Of a stretch of DNA of 64,000 nt, positions 18,100-33,000 are shown piece after piece. Position 1 is the stretch's first letter. The number at the start of each line of letters is the position of its first letter. The stretch spans positions 12,400,001 through 12,464,000 of the forward strand of contig CM022667.1 of assembly GCA_012295275.1 (NCBI GenBank), in the 5' to 3' direction. This stretch comes from Chrysomallon squamiferum. Lineage: Eukaryota; Animalia; Mollusca. The notes beneath the pieces are model-generated. The model saw nothing but the letters and a program-made list of their open reading frames with translations, ran no database searches and was not told the DNA's origin. The position numbers were made by a program, and so were the translations under genes.

Positions 18100-21000
18100 A
18101 TGGCGGGTGAGTCCACCTCACATCACTGTACTTTGTTTGTCGAAATTTGTACTTTTGCGCCTTTTTTGACAAAATATTTTTTTCTTACAGATATTGACTT
18201 CTATCCAGATGATTCAGATGGTACCCAAGATGATGGTAGGTGTTATTTTTTATCTGAATATGTATGCCATGTCACGTTACTTGACACTGGAAAGAAGGAA
18301 AATGCATGTGCCCGATTTTCAGAAAAAAAAATTCCGTCATTTCGCGCCTTAGCTTATTTATCGAAGTTGTTGGGACCACGCACTATGTACATTATGCAGA
18401 GAAGCACTTTGATTACTATTATTCGTAGCAGTTATTGTAGTGTCACGCTGACTTTTTGTTAAACACGTGAAAATGTGGCCTATTTCAAAGACAACAGTGA
18501 CGAAAGCCAAGAATTGGATACCATGATGATGGTGCAGGTCATGTGACCGGGGGTTTTCTAACGACCTTTTGAACTTGGCCGCGTTGTGTTGCTGTTCCCG
18601 CCATTCGACTGCTGTAGTTGGAAACACACTCGGGATTTATTTTTCAATGGTGCGTTATATTGTACTTGTTTATTGGTTTCATTTGTGCATTATTGATTAA
18701 GTAAGAACTTTTCCGATAGTTGTCATCTTGAGTCATGTCTGACTAATTGCAATATTTTTGCGTAGTAGCGTCCAACGCAAATGTAGGTCAATTTGCTCAT
18801 CTAATCGACAGGTCGGCCAATGGCTTCCTGCGCGCCAAAACTTTTCTTTTAGTTAAGGTGGGTAATTTTTGAATAAGATAGCCGGTATTAAAATGTTTTT
18901 TGATCATTTTGGTAAGAAAATAAGTAATATAAGTATTGTTGTTTCTGTTTAATGTTTATTTTTATGAACAAAGGCTTTGTTTCTATTCATGACTCATTTT
19001 TTATGTAAGAGGTAAATAAGTATTATTTCAACACGTGGTTTTTCTTCAAGCGTTTTTATTTTAAAAAATTTGTAAACTTGTTTTGTTTTACCTAATGCTA
19101 GTGTCATAGATAGATGTATATATCAAATTTCAATGCACTTGTAAGTATAAATAGAAAAGTTTGTACAGTATTTTTGAAATGATGAACAATGAAAATGCCC
19201 TTTTAAAAGTAACTGACCATTGTTGTTACATAAAAAACCAGCATTTTCTTTAAAGTATTGTATGAAAATGACATAATTTTTTTCAAAAATCATTTTTTTA
19301 ATCTTTCATTATTTACATACCATCATGCTTTTTAACAGGTTCATTCATCATTTTTCACTAATGAGTCATGACTAATTATGTTACAGAAAACATTCGCAAT
19401 ATGTACGATGCAGTGCCTTCATTTTTATTTAATTTTGTCATTCTTTTAATTCAAATAGTTAATTACACAACTTGAAGTCATAATGGTTTTATTCTGTATA
19501 AAAATAACACTATTTGAAAAGTTTAAAATTATCATGCAGTGTTTGTAATTCTTTAATCAAAAAGAGTGCTGTATTAATAATATGCCACTATATTATTACT
19601 ATTTGTTTTATATAAATATTTATAAACTATTGATATTTAAAAACTGTTTACAGATATTTGTTTCAAGATACTAGTCAAGATGTTTGTTTCAAGATACTAT
19701 TTTATCAAAGTACCAAAGTTCAGCAGACAGTTTCTTAATAAATTTTTTGAGGAAAACATTTCTAGCTGCCAACATACTAGTTAATTTTTAAACTGGTGAA
19801 TCTTTACTGTAAAATATAATTAAGAGATGGTCACTGATCTTTGTAATCTTAAATATTTTTAAGATTTTTTTTTCAGTGTTTATCATATGTAATATATGTG
19901 TACAGTTTTTGAAATGGAACTGAAATGAATGTAACAATTATCACCTTAGTTTGAAGGGAGTTGAAAAAAAAAAATACATAGAGCAATCCTGACACTGAAA
20001 ATAAGCCAGGTGTAAAGTGCTAATGACTAGAATGATCAATGTGATGAAATAAAAGTAATGTAAAATGTCTTGTATGTTAAAGCATAGATAGTATGTTGGT
20101 TTGATTTTTAAAAAATGTTGCCATACATATTTGCATTTGAAAAGGGATAGTTATAAATGGCCAGTTTATAATTATTACAATCATTTCATTTCATCTGATT
20201 TGACAGGATTTGAAATTTTTAAACCAGTACTAATATTCGTTAAAATTTCCAGTTTGTAACTTGTAACTGACACTTATAAACTCCTCATCCAGTATTAATA
20301 TATAAAAAGGGTAAATATCATATTGTTTTTTCCTATTTTATATCTACTGCAACAAAATAAAAAACACAGATACTCATGATTACTCAATGGTGAATTTGTT
20401 GCTATTTATGTTCTAGTTTTTTAGAATTGCATTACAAATTAACCATTAACACATGGAAGGGCAGATAACTAGAATATACTTGCAAAGGATAGAAATACCA
20501 AATCAATAATTCTGTCTAAATGTTCCTTGGATCCATAAGTGACTGATCTAATGTCTGTCATATTTTAATTTTTTCACCACATTTCTCACTTCTGTTGAAC
20601 ATAAAAGAAACTTCACGAAGTTAATATCAGTTATTGCTAAAATACTTCTTTCAGTGGTTCTACTTTTTTTTCTTTTTTTTTTTTAAGTGTAATCCTTAAA
20701 ACGAATATACTGATTATGTTACTTCAAAATGCTTGACAAAAACACCTTACTTTTTGTGATTCTGTATGTTTCTTACAAAACTGTAAAATGTACCCTAAAC
20801 AACCATGTCAGTGTAACATCAGAGCTCTTTTTGGTGGGTTATTTTTAGCCAAAATGGTAAAAGGAATGAAATGCAGGATAATACTGACATATCATGTCTG
20901 CAGAGGTACTGCTTGCCTATTTCTGGTTTTACATTTTGTTCTCATGAATTAAAAATTACATAAATTATTTTGAATTGACTTGGGCCAGTTTTAATATTTC

Positions 21001-24000
21001 ATTTATATCTTTACAGAATTGTAGTATGCACAAGTCTGATACAGTGAAAGCTGATCTTTATCAACCATTAATTGTGTATAATACCAGACATGTATAGTGT
21101 TTTATAAAATGAGTTTTTATGGATGTTTGAATAAACTTGAAGGCACTGAATTCAAAATGTCTATAAAGAAGAAATTCAGGTTTAAGTCCTGAAATTTGGT
21201 GAAGGCGCATGAACCATAATTAGCTTAAATTCTGGCTGTTGGTTGTTGTACAAGATAAATAGTTAATTTTGATGTTGAATTATGGGACTTTCCAAATTTA
21301 ATTTCCTGTATTCTTTTCCTCTTTATGCCCATACCATTTTTTTTTTTTTTTAATTAGAATATGAAGAGAAATTAATCTGGTTTGAAGTATAAAGTTAAAT
21401 TTTTTATTGGTTTTCAAACAAAAGGCCTAAATATTTCCCCATCAGACTGTTTTATTTGTCAATTGATGCAAAACTTGACTTCTAATCAAGAAAGATACAT
21501 ACCCTATGCATTGAACACATCTGCAAAATCTCCAGCCTACCAACATATTTCTAGCATTTCTTTCCAAGTTTATTCTTGTACTTTTATATAGAGACTAATA
21601 ATCATAATGTTAACTACCATTTATTCACGTCAACAATCATGTTATTTAAAAAACAAAAAGACTAATAAATGAGACACATCATAATTAAAAAATGGCAAAT
21701 TTTATGATTTTTTGTAAGAATGTTTAAAACATTGTCCAAAATAAATAAATAAATAGAAAAAAACAACTCTTGTGACACAAAGACACTACTGTTCACCCAC
21801 AACATCTGAGTGCATTTGTTCTGTCATCTTTTGTAATATATAACTGACACTGAGATAAAATATCAGCAAAATCTGTGTCCCTTTAGAAAAATAATTAGTT
21901 AAATAACCTTTTAAAAATGTTTTAATGTGAATTTAGGATATGGCTTTAATGATGGATCAGGGGATGACATTGATGACAGCCTCACACCACTACAACGTCT
22001 GGAAAAGTATTTACAGAGTGACAACATTTTTAACAGGTAATTTGATTTCACACATTTTGTTTGATCATATATGAAACCCTAATTTCAACTTCTATCTAAA
22101 TTATAATTAAAAATGCTTTCTTTTTAATGTTTACTTTGCATATTTCTGGAAAAAAACTCATTCCGAGTTTTGGTATAAACTTCAGTTTTGTTTTTAGTTT
22201 GGAAGCATTTTTCCTGTTGCAGTATATTTATAAATTCTGTTTTTAATCTTCTACAGACAAATGGTTGCTCGTGGTCTCTTGGACACATTGCGAGCTGTTA
22301 CAGAAAACAATGATGATGCAATGGCTGTTCTTAAAGCTATGGTTAAACTGTCTGAAGACCAAGGTACAGTTAAGATTTATTTTTAAATTGCTGACATGTT
22401 TATACTGATTGAAAAAAATATATATAATGCTTTATTACAAAACAAGAAATTTATGTACAAAGTTACTAATTGCATGAATCAGATGTAGCTTTTATCTCCT
22501 TATCTCTTTCTTAATTTCATTTTTGCTTCAATTTAATCCTTAGTGCAAAATCTCTTTTCTTATTAATTTTTTTATTTTATTTTTTTTAATCTAATAGAGC
22601 CCTCTGTACGTTCTGAGTTGATGGAGCAAGTGCCTCACATAGCAGTGCATTGCCAAGAAAACCAGCATATATTTGCTAATGCAATACCAATATACATCCT
22701 CTCAATGGTAGTGCGATACCTTAATGATTGCAACAACCAGGTATGCTATTCTATTAATGTCTTTTCAGATTGGTTCCCTTACCACTTTTGTGGTTAAAAT
22801 TATATTTAATAAAAAAATAAGTAATTTCAGCTTTTGTAAACTTCAGTTTTGCAGAATACCTGAAGTGTGGTTTCTAACCATTTAATAAATTATCAATTTG
22901 ATAACTGCAGGTTAGGAAAACGAGTCAGGCTGCCTTGTTAGTGTTGTTAGAACAGGAGCTTGTTTGCAAGGGTAAGTACTGTTTCAATACTGACAGAATT
23001 ATTATTTTTTTATGATCAATTTTTGTTTTCTATTTAAAGTGCAATACAAATATTAGCATTAATAAATTAATCCCAAATGTATTGATGCATAATTTTAAAA
23101 CTTTTCTCAAATTTTTATCAGAATGAAGTTAGTGTTAAGAATTCTGATAACATTTTCCATTGTGGAGTAGTTCCCATTTCATAAAAATAAAAATAATAAA
23201 ATTTACTGTGACAAGTGCCACAAAAGCTGAACTTAAGTAATGCAACTGAGCTTCCATTAAAATTCTTGTTGCAGTTTTAAAGATGTAATAGAAATATTGT
23301 TTTTGGTTATCTAATATTACACATCTTTTTTTTTTCCCCATACTGTACATACACTTCTGTGTTTGGTCATCGAAACATAGCATGTTTAATATGCTCTAAA
23401 ATAAAAATAAAATTGTTTTAAGTTTAAAACACTGTGTATACGGCTCAAACAGCAGTAAATTGTTAGTTTGCATTCACTTTATTAATGTAATTATCATGAC
23501 TCGTTAAATATTTTTTGTTCCATTATTGGGAGTAAAGCTACAGTTTATTTCTATTCTGACAGAGGATATAGAACAACATGTTGTGAATGTAATTCTTGAC
23601 TTGTCCAGTCCTGATAGTCTTGATGATTATCGTACAGAAGCTGTAGCAGTAAGTTACTTTTAATTACCATACTGATTCTGAAAGATAGATTCACTAATAT
23701 GTAAATATAAAGTAGGTACATTCTGCCAGGGTTGTGTTTTAAAAAAAAAATTATTTTTGAAATGAACTGAATCAAATGTATTTGGAAAAAAATTCATGTG
23801 TTTTAAGTTTTTAAAAATGGCATGGTTTATTTAAATTAAATGTGCAACAGACACTTTTGCTTTTATATATACATTAAGCACCGTAACACAAAAAAACAAA
23901 CATTTCTGTGTTGAAATTGTAGTTAAAATATTGAAAATATGTAAAAATAGACCGTTTCATGTGTATCACTGAACTAACCAAAAAATACTAATTTAAAATG

Positions 24001-27000
24001 CTAATTCTTTAGTGGGAAAGAAGGTTAATTTCTTTGCATTAATCCATAATTCATCAGAGATCTAAGATAGTTGTTTCAGGATATCATTATCTGCTCATAA
24101 TACTACGAGCTGGATACAACCTGAAGTAAAAAGCTGTATCTTGTGTGAAAGACATGGGTAGTGAGATGAATAAAAATGCATCTTTCTATCCTGTCTTTTG
24201 CATCATGTACATGCATATCTTCAGCTGACAAGATCAGAGAAATGTTGGGAAATCTTGGGACGTCAATACCGGATGTTGTAGCTTGCCATTTGGACCTATC
24301 ACAGCCAGTATTGATGAGCCAGGAATCCTGAAAGTCCTTCCAAAGTTAGAAGCATCATGGAACTTGCTTACTAACAACAGAATGTAGACAAGTGCAGCAT
24401 TGTGAAACATTTTTATTATTCTTTATCCTAAAATTCACTTTCATTTGTGTTTAGATGTATGCAATTTGATGAAGTAACAATGTATATTATTTAAATATTT
24501 GGGTTTTGTGGTCTGTGGTTTTCTTGTTTTTATTCTTTAAAATATTTTTAGTGCATTCAGGTAGTTTATTCATGAAATAAGTGCTTTCTGTAATTTTAAC
24601 CTTTGACCAGATTTATAGACATTAGTAAAGTTTGTTGTACTGACCAGGTGGTTGAGATTTGTTAAATTACAGTTTCATATCACAGCCTGCTTGGATCAGT
24701 ACAGCATCTTTGGTGACTTCATTTTATTGTAATTAACATGTTTTGTGCATGGTGGATGTTATAGCTCTAATGGCCATTTTAATATCTGAATTCATTTGAA
24801 ACAAGAAAAGGAAATAATGGTGTTAAATGGATGAGCCTATGTTTTCGTCAAAGTGACTGTGATGTGTTGTGACTGATTTCATATCACAGCCAGCTTTGAT
24901 GAGCAACACAGGTTTCTTGGCCCATATTCCTAATCATAATGTCATGTTCCTGATCATTTAAAATCTGACTTTTGCTCTACTGATTTGGTACATTATTAGT
25001 GTTTGTATAACTCACTGATTTTATCTGATTTTTTAATGGTCTGCAGTGGTTGTATTAATGAACCTGGTATATTAAATAGCTACGTTAAGAGATTTATTCT
25101 ACAGATGTCTACTCGCCTCTGAAGGAGTCGTCAAAGTGGTTGTGATGTGGTGAATTGTTCCATATCACAGCCAGCTTTGATGAGCTCCATTAACTGGCTT
25201 TAACAACAGACTTTGCAAGATGCTTGTTTTTTATATTTTGTTTTCTGTAGTGTTAGTACGTCTGTTTTGATAGGTTTTCATATAAACAGTTACTGATCAC
25301 TTTTGGCAGTCTGGGTGTGGGTATACATGTAGCCATTGTTACACAGCATCATATTTTTGCTGAATAGTTTACTGGTTTCATGATACTAACAGTGTAGTCA
25401 TTTTTAGATAGGTCTTTAAAAAAATTCTTATTTCAATGAATTTACCAGTTTTGTGACCGAGTTCCTGAATAGATTTTAACAAGTCTTATGTTATTTGTCA
25501 ACACTGGCACTGCTATACGTCAAGAAATAATTGCAAAGGAACTTCATAATAGATAGTATAGTGCTACAGTGCCATGTTACTTCCCATCTTACAGACTAAT
25601 TGTGACCGAATGGATTGTTGAAGATTCCTGGGTTTCAGGTCATCAGAGTGGTTGTGATGTGATGACATGTTAACATATCACAGCCAGCTTTGATGAGCTT
25701 GAGGCTTGACCAGACGACAAGGAACAAGGAAAAGATGTTTGTTTTGTTTCCTCGATAACACAAGTGCTGCTGTTCATGGTTAACCTTTAAAAGTTCCATA
25801 TTTTTGTTCAGCTATAGCAAGGAGGCTGAGGTAAAGAAGATTATCAAAGATGGTTTGCTATATTGATAGTGTTGGTAAAGTTAACAAAGGATTGTTGGAT
25901 TACGGTGAAGGAAACAGAAGAAAGTGTAATCAGTCTGATCCTGCCATCACAGTAGCTGTGATGTGTTTTGATTTTTCATATCACAGCTAGCTATGATGAG
26001 CAGGAATTACGACAAATCATCTCTGATTTATATCAGACAGATAAGAACAGTGTTAAAATACAAACCATTTGACTGTCTGAAAATGGGGGTTCTTCTTCTC
26101 CATGTATACACAGATGTCTGAATAATTATTGTTTTCTGTTGGAAGTAGTATTTCTTTGTCTAAAACTGAATTGAATGGACTGATGGAGACAACCTTTTCA
26201 TCAAAGTTGTTGTGATGTGTTGTGTTGTGTTCATATCACAGCCAGCTTTGATGACAAGGAAGTCTGCAATTCGTCAGCAGTTTAACTTTTGTATAAAATA
26301 AGTATATACATGTCACATCACTCATCAGGTTTGGCAACATCCAAGTTTGTTCTGTTTCTCAGTGACATGTCAGTGGTATAATGTAAGGAGTTGCCTAAAA
26401 ATAACTTTCTATTTGACTGGAATTGGATCTTTATTAATTACTATTGTATCATGGATGTTAAAGTTGAAATATTGTTTAAATGTACTAAATGAGAGGTGAA
26501 ATGTTAATTAAAACTGATTACTCAGGGACATTCGAATTTGGCATGGAATTTTATGGATTTTTATTATTTTTACAGCTTATGAGTAAGATGGCACCACTGC
26601 TTGGGAAGGATATCACAGAGAGATTGTTTCTGCCAAGATTTTCAGAAATGTGCACAGACCCGCTATTCCATGTCAGAAAGGTAAATAAAACAAAAGCAAT
26701 TCTTTAAAAAGTATTCCCAAGACCTTCTGTGGATATATGTACATGATTGAAATTTTGCTCAATTCAGTTTGTCATTTTGTGTGTATTCTGATTTTGTTTC
26801 TGTTTTGATGGAAACCATGTGAAAGCAGCTTCCTCCATTTCTTCTTTATAATTTTTGTAAATGTAATTTCTTGATTACAAATTTTTATTTATTTTTTTTC
26901 AGGTTTGTGCAGCAAACTTTGGAGAGGTATCTGCTGTTGTAGGCTGTGAAAATACAGAAATTCATTTAGTAAGTTTCAAAATTAAAAATTCAATTTTATA

Positions 27001-30000
27001 GTTCAGAATTATTATTTTTTTTACTAAATGTATTACTTTTTTTAATTTTGTAAAAATATATATATTTTTTTAAAATTTTTTCTTTCTCTCAGATGCCTTG
27101 ATTTTAATTTTTTAAATGTAAAATTTTATTAACAATGGTCAAGCTTGTGTTGTAGAACAAAACTAAAAAAAAAAAAAAAATGGGGTTTGTTTCTTTCTTC
27201 TGTAATGTATTTTTAAAATTATTTTTACAGTTACCAAAGTTTTTCTACCTCTGTGAGGATGGGGTCTGGGGTGTCAGAAAAGCATGTGCAGAATGCTTCA
27301 TGAATGTTGCATGTTCATGCTCACTAGATGTACGAAGACATGATTTAGCAAACTTGTTTGTGAATTTACTCTGTGATCAATCTAGATGGGTAAGTTTTAA
27401 TTCTTCAGACATGAAAAGAAAGTGTGTATTCTTAACAAGCTTCTGAATAAAGAAACTTTCACCTATAGAGTTATGTCAAATAAGAGAAACATATTAAACA
27501 CACCACTGATTAATTATTTATTTATTGACTATTATGCTGCTATTAATGTGAAACAAACAAATGATCAAACCAGCAGTAATTATAGTCATTTTGACAGTGT
27601 TGGGTATCTTCTAAATAATTTGATTAATACGGTGAACATATTGATGTTACAGAGAAAAAAGAATTCTAGCAATACTATAACACAGATTTAAATTTTGCAG
27701 GTAAGAATGGCAGCATTTCAGCAGCTTGGTCCATTCATTTCCACTTTTGCTGACCCACAAACAACAGGATTGTTTGTAAATGAAGACGGGTGTTTATTTT
27801 TTAAACGTCCTGATGGTACAGAAGGGTATGTAATTGTACCTGCTTAAATTTAATGTCTAAGTAAATTTTTAAAAATCTGCATTATTGATAAGAATTTACT
27901 AGCTTGTTGGTTGGAATCAAAATGTTCATGTTTTAACTGTCCATGTTTTTGTGAAGAATATAAAAGCTATGTAATTTAAAAAAAAAAAAAAAAAGATTTA
28001 TACATATGTACACAATGGTCCAAAGAAAAAATAACTGGAAGGTTTTAATATTATGTTGTAGAATTGACATGGATGAAGAAAGTATACGAAAGGCTGCTAA
28101 AGAAGCACTGGGCTGTGATATTGATAATTTTGATGATAGATTAAATGAGAAGCAGGACATTAATGAAAGATCTTCTGAAAAACAACAGCAATTAGATTCA
28201 GTAGAAGATGTCATCGAGGAGTTGATGGACCTTAATATAAGTGATGATTACGAATTAGTAGAAACCGATTACATAGAATCACTAGCTGTAGATGGTTCGG
28301 ATGAAAAGTCATTTGAGGAAAAAAGGGCAGAGGTTTATAAGGAAAAGGAACAAGAAGCTTCCACAGCAGAGAAAACAGAAGAAGAGAAAGATATTGACAG
28401 TAACAAAAATAAAATCTGTGATAAAGAAGTGTGTGATACAAACTTTTCCAATATAGCAGGGTCACAAGGATCCACAACTGCAGATGTCAAGAACATTGAT
28501 GATGCTGGGAAATCTGAGACAGAACTAGTTGGAGATTCCGTAAGTTTGAAAGGTGCTGGTTCACCTGATAAAGAGTCTGCAATAGTCGGTCAGAATAAAA
28601 CATCTAATTCCAGTGGAACTGACAGAGATCAAGTTCAGTCTTTCAACTCCTTCCTTTTCTGGAGGCCGCCATTACCTTCAGTTGACGTGGATTTTGATTT
28701 GGTGGATGGATCTCGGTGTCGGATGAAAGGTGATTCCAAAGGCGAGGACCAAGCGTCTAGTGATGACAAAAGTGGTGAGGAACATGATGACGGCAGCGGT
28801 GGTGATAATTCTGACAATTTTAGAATACACACTGCTGATGTGAACACTGTAAACGAGGAAGGTGAAACAGTAGACAACATTGGAAGCATGCACATCCTTG
28901 GACAGCAGATTAACGATGTTCCTATGGCTGTGGTTGATGGGATTGCACAAGGTATGTTTGAAAGCTATGATTTTTTTCCCTAAAAATGTTTTTCATAGTA
29001 AACGGCATGTGAATGTAAAGGGTGTGGGATCACTGTTATTCATGCATTCAGTGGTTTCAAATGACTTCTATTGTATGAATTTGGACATCCATATGCAGTT
29101 TGGAGTCCTTTACTTCAGAAAATTATTACTTAATTACCCAAAATATTTAATTGTACAAATGGAACTAAAATATTAAATGATAAACACAAGACACCAGTAT
29201 GTAAACACATTTGTATACTTTTGTTTCCAGATTTAAGCAATAGCAGCATTGGGTATATAGACAGTGACAGGTCAATTTCCCCTCATGAGAACCCCTATGA
29301 TGGTGCCACATTAGCTCAGCAACAGGTAAAACTCAAATTATTTCATTGTTTTAATAGTGTCTATTGTTTCAGGAGTTTTAATTTTTTGGGGTTAATTTCA
29401 TAAAGAACATGATGAGGGAAATAAACTGGTTAGGGAATTAATTTTTTAACACTGTTATATACTATGTTTCTTTCTTTTTTCCTTTTTTCAGCAATCTTAA
29501 TTTTCGCACAACACTGGTAATGATTAATAAAAATCACTTATTTTTGAAAGAGTTTGTAGTAATGTAACCTTCAGTATATTACCTATTTGCTTCAGCTTGT
29601 ACATTTTCAGGACATAATACCTGAAAGTCTTCTGGAGAATTATCTGGGTATGGTTGACCCATCACGAGCCCAAACTGTGGACACTGAAATTACGAGACAC
29701 TGTGCCTATAACCTTCCTGCTGTGGCCTACACCTTGGGGAGACAGAACTGGCACTGTATTAAAAACCTGTATGAAACACTGGCACAGGACATGCAGGTAA
29801 ATGAGGTAACGTTGATCACTTGCACCCATCCTTGCATGTGGTATGGTTGGTCATCAGTGCTTTCTGCATGAAGTTTTTATTTCTAGATATTTGTTTAATG
29901 TGGTGCTTTCTCCTTTTTTTTAATTAAAGAACAATTGTTCTGATGAATAAATTTGAAATAACAATTTTCATCATGTTAATGACCTCTCTTTCGCCGTAAT

Positions 30001-33000
30001 ATATAAAACTTGTTTTTAAACAAATATACGTGGGTGCTTGTGAGACTTCATATAAACTGTTTCTTTAATTTAATTATACACATTGATTAAAACAAGATTT
30101 AAATGGTATTGTTTTCCTTACGTAATTAACATTTCATTGATCCATAGAATGCAAAAGCAACAGTTTGTGCATGTAGGTCATTTTAAAATTGTTAGTACCA
30201 GTAGTAATTGTTTTAAAAAAAAATATCATTTGTTCCATATTTTGAATAGTTCAAATAGGATAGTGAAAAAAAAGAGTAAAGGTTACATCAACACTTTAGG
30301 AAATAAATAAACATGTGATGAACTGTTTTTAGTGGAAAGTTAGGCGCACGCTGGCTTTCTCCTTACATGAGATGGCTGTGATACTTGGGGAGGAGATCAC
30401 ACACAAAGATCTTGTTCCAGTTTTCGAAGGATTTCTCAAGGATCTTGACGAAGTTAGAATTGGAATTCTGAAGCATTTGGCTGATTTTGTTAGGGTATGA
30501 GGTGATTTCTTTGTTGTCTACTGTTACAATTTTATCCCAAGTTATACATCACGAGAAATTTATTAAATATTTGTTTCATTGATAATTGTAATAAGTATCA
30601 TCCAGAGTTGTATATGATTAGATTTGTCTTATTAGTTTTTGAATCGAATAGATAGTGAATATTTAAAATAAAATTGTGTAGTGCTTGAAATAGTTTTGCA
30701 ATTTACAAAATTTAAAATCGAGACAAAAAGTAATGAAATAAACCTAGGAGGCACTGTAAATCAATCACATTGTTTCACATTTAAAATCTAACATGGAACT
30801 AATGATAGTTCTTGATAATTTCAGTTGTTAAAACCTGATGTGAGAAGACGCTATCTTGGAAAGATTCAGGATTTCATGACAACTGACAACTTGAGAAACT
30901 GGCGTTTCAGGCTGGAGCTCTCACAGTAAGTATTTACTCTCAGCTTCTGGTAGAAGACAGGACAGCCTGGCCATTTCTCTGCTTTTGGGATCTAAAAAAA
31001 ATGAAGTGGTCAAAAATTACCTACAGAATGATTAACAAGAAATTGAAAGCAAAAACATTCACCTTCAGTGACAGATTGTTTTACTCTACTTGGAATTCAC
31101 AAAAATCAGGGAAACCAACAAAAATATATATATATTGTTATGAGTGATAATTGGCAACATGGATCACAGTAGTAACTATGAAGAGCTGTTTAGTTTTTTT
31201 AATTATAATTACAAAGCCTTAGCTTGTAAACTGTTATGTAAATTTTGTTTCTGTTTTCAGTCAGCTGGTGTCACTATGTGAATTGTACAGTACTAATGAT
31301 ATCACACACTACCTCGTACCAATAGCTATGAATCTGGCGTCTGATAAAGTGGCAGAGGTTCGACACATAGCATTCAGGCTGGTATGGTTTTTATTTCTAT
31401 TTTTGTCTTTCATAAACATCTGCCATATGTAGTGCATTTAAATTTTCTTCTAAATTACTGAAATCAGCCAAAAAATATCACCTTGAATAATAATAAATCC
31501 AGATCAAATAATTTGAGGCTAAATGAAAAGTTATTAGATAAAATTGTAATATGAATGTTTATTACTCTTGTTATATTTCTTCTGTTTAATGATGACATAT
31601 TTTGTTTTCATCAGCTGAGCATAATATTACAAAAACTGTATGAAGATGGAGAGGAAAACCTGACGATGTCGCTTGTTCAGAATTTGGTTGACCAGTTTGC
31701 AATGAGTTCACGATGGCTAAGACGACAAAGGTAAGTTCACAAGTTAAACAGAATGTTTGATGTGTTTTTTTTTCTTTCTTTCTTTCCTTCTATCCTCACA
31801 GCCGTTAGTCTACAGAATACCAAATATGGCTTATGGGATGTATATATATATATATATTGTTATTTTATTATTACTATTTGAATATTATTTCTAAAAGAAA
31901 AAGGAAAGAGTATTTTAGCAGTGTTAAATATTCCATACAGATATTCCATGATGCTGAATTAACCATCATTTTATTTATCTTTTTGGCTTGATACATTTAC
32001 CCGTTTTAAATGTAGTGTTGCATATATAAACCTATTTGTTACTGCCAAAAAAATAGTCAGAACATTTTAGGTGGTGGTTTTATTTTTATTTTATTTTATT
32101 TTTTTTTAATTATTAACTCCGATTCTCTAAAGTTTTATTTTTTATATATATAACAAGAAACATATGGTTTGTGTAGTTAGGTTAAGGATAAATTATAACA
32201 AAGATATTTCACAATTTTCAGCTTTGCCCACTGTTGTCGTGTGATTCTGGAGGAAAACTCGCTCCCGCCATCAATTATAGTTCAAGAACTTCTGCCCAGA
32301 CTGCTGGCCCTGGGCTCTGACCCCATTCCAAACGTCAGACTCTCAGCAGCAAGAGTGCTTGCTCAGAACATTGTGCCTTCAGGTTAGAAACCGGTTTTTA
32401 TTCTTCAAATGCAAATTACTCTTGTAAATTTAAGAAAATTTAAATAATTACAGAAACTTGATCACTGTTGCTTGTACAAGAAGTAATAACCGTACTTGTA
32501 ATTTAACATTCGGACCAAAATTTAATATTTTGTGAGTGCTCAGAGATGGTCACAGTTGCTAAATATTTATGAAGATAGGGCACTGCTAATGTAATAATGT
32601 ATTTGACGGTGGGGAAAAGTAATTTGGCTTTTGTTAGTTAAATAACATTTGAAATACGTTTTACACTACAGTAATACAAAGGCAGTGATGTGTAAAATAT
32701 ATTCTTTCTGTTGATAGTAATACCTTCCTGGTTATTACCATTTCCTTTTTCTTTTCTTGTTTTCTTTTTATTTATTTATTTATTGTTGTTTTAAATCATC
32801 TTTTATTTAAATGGGTTTAGTTTTTGTGTATTAAATGTTTTAAATGTTAACAATATTTCAGAGTTCTACACCTCACAGCGGAACCCTCATCATGAAGATT
32901 TGTTACAGATTTTACAGAAGCTGCAGACTGACGACGATCGCGATGTGCGATACTACGTCACTAAACCTCCCGAAACTGATATTTCACTTGATACAGTTAG

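Noticed and set aside
24141-26259. Repeat-spacer pattern (TATCACAGCC motif with unique spacers) as a CRISPR-like or novel system
   Set aside because: Each motif is the 3p arm of a hairpin and matches the known miR-2 family.
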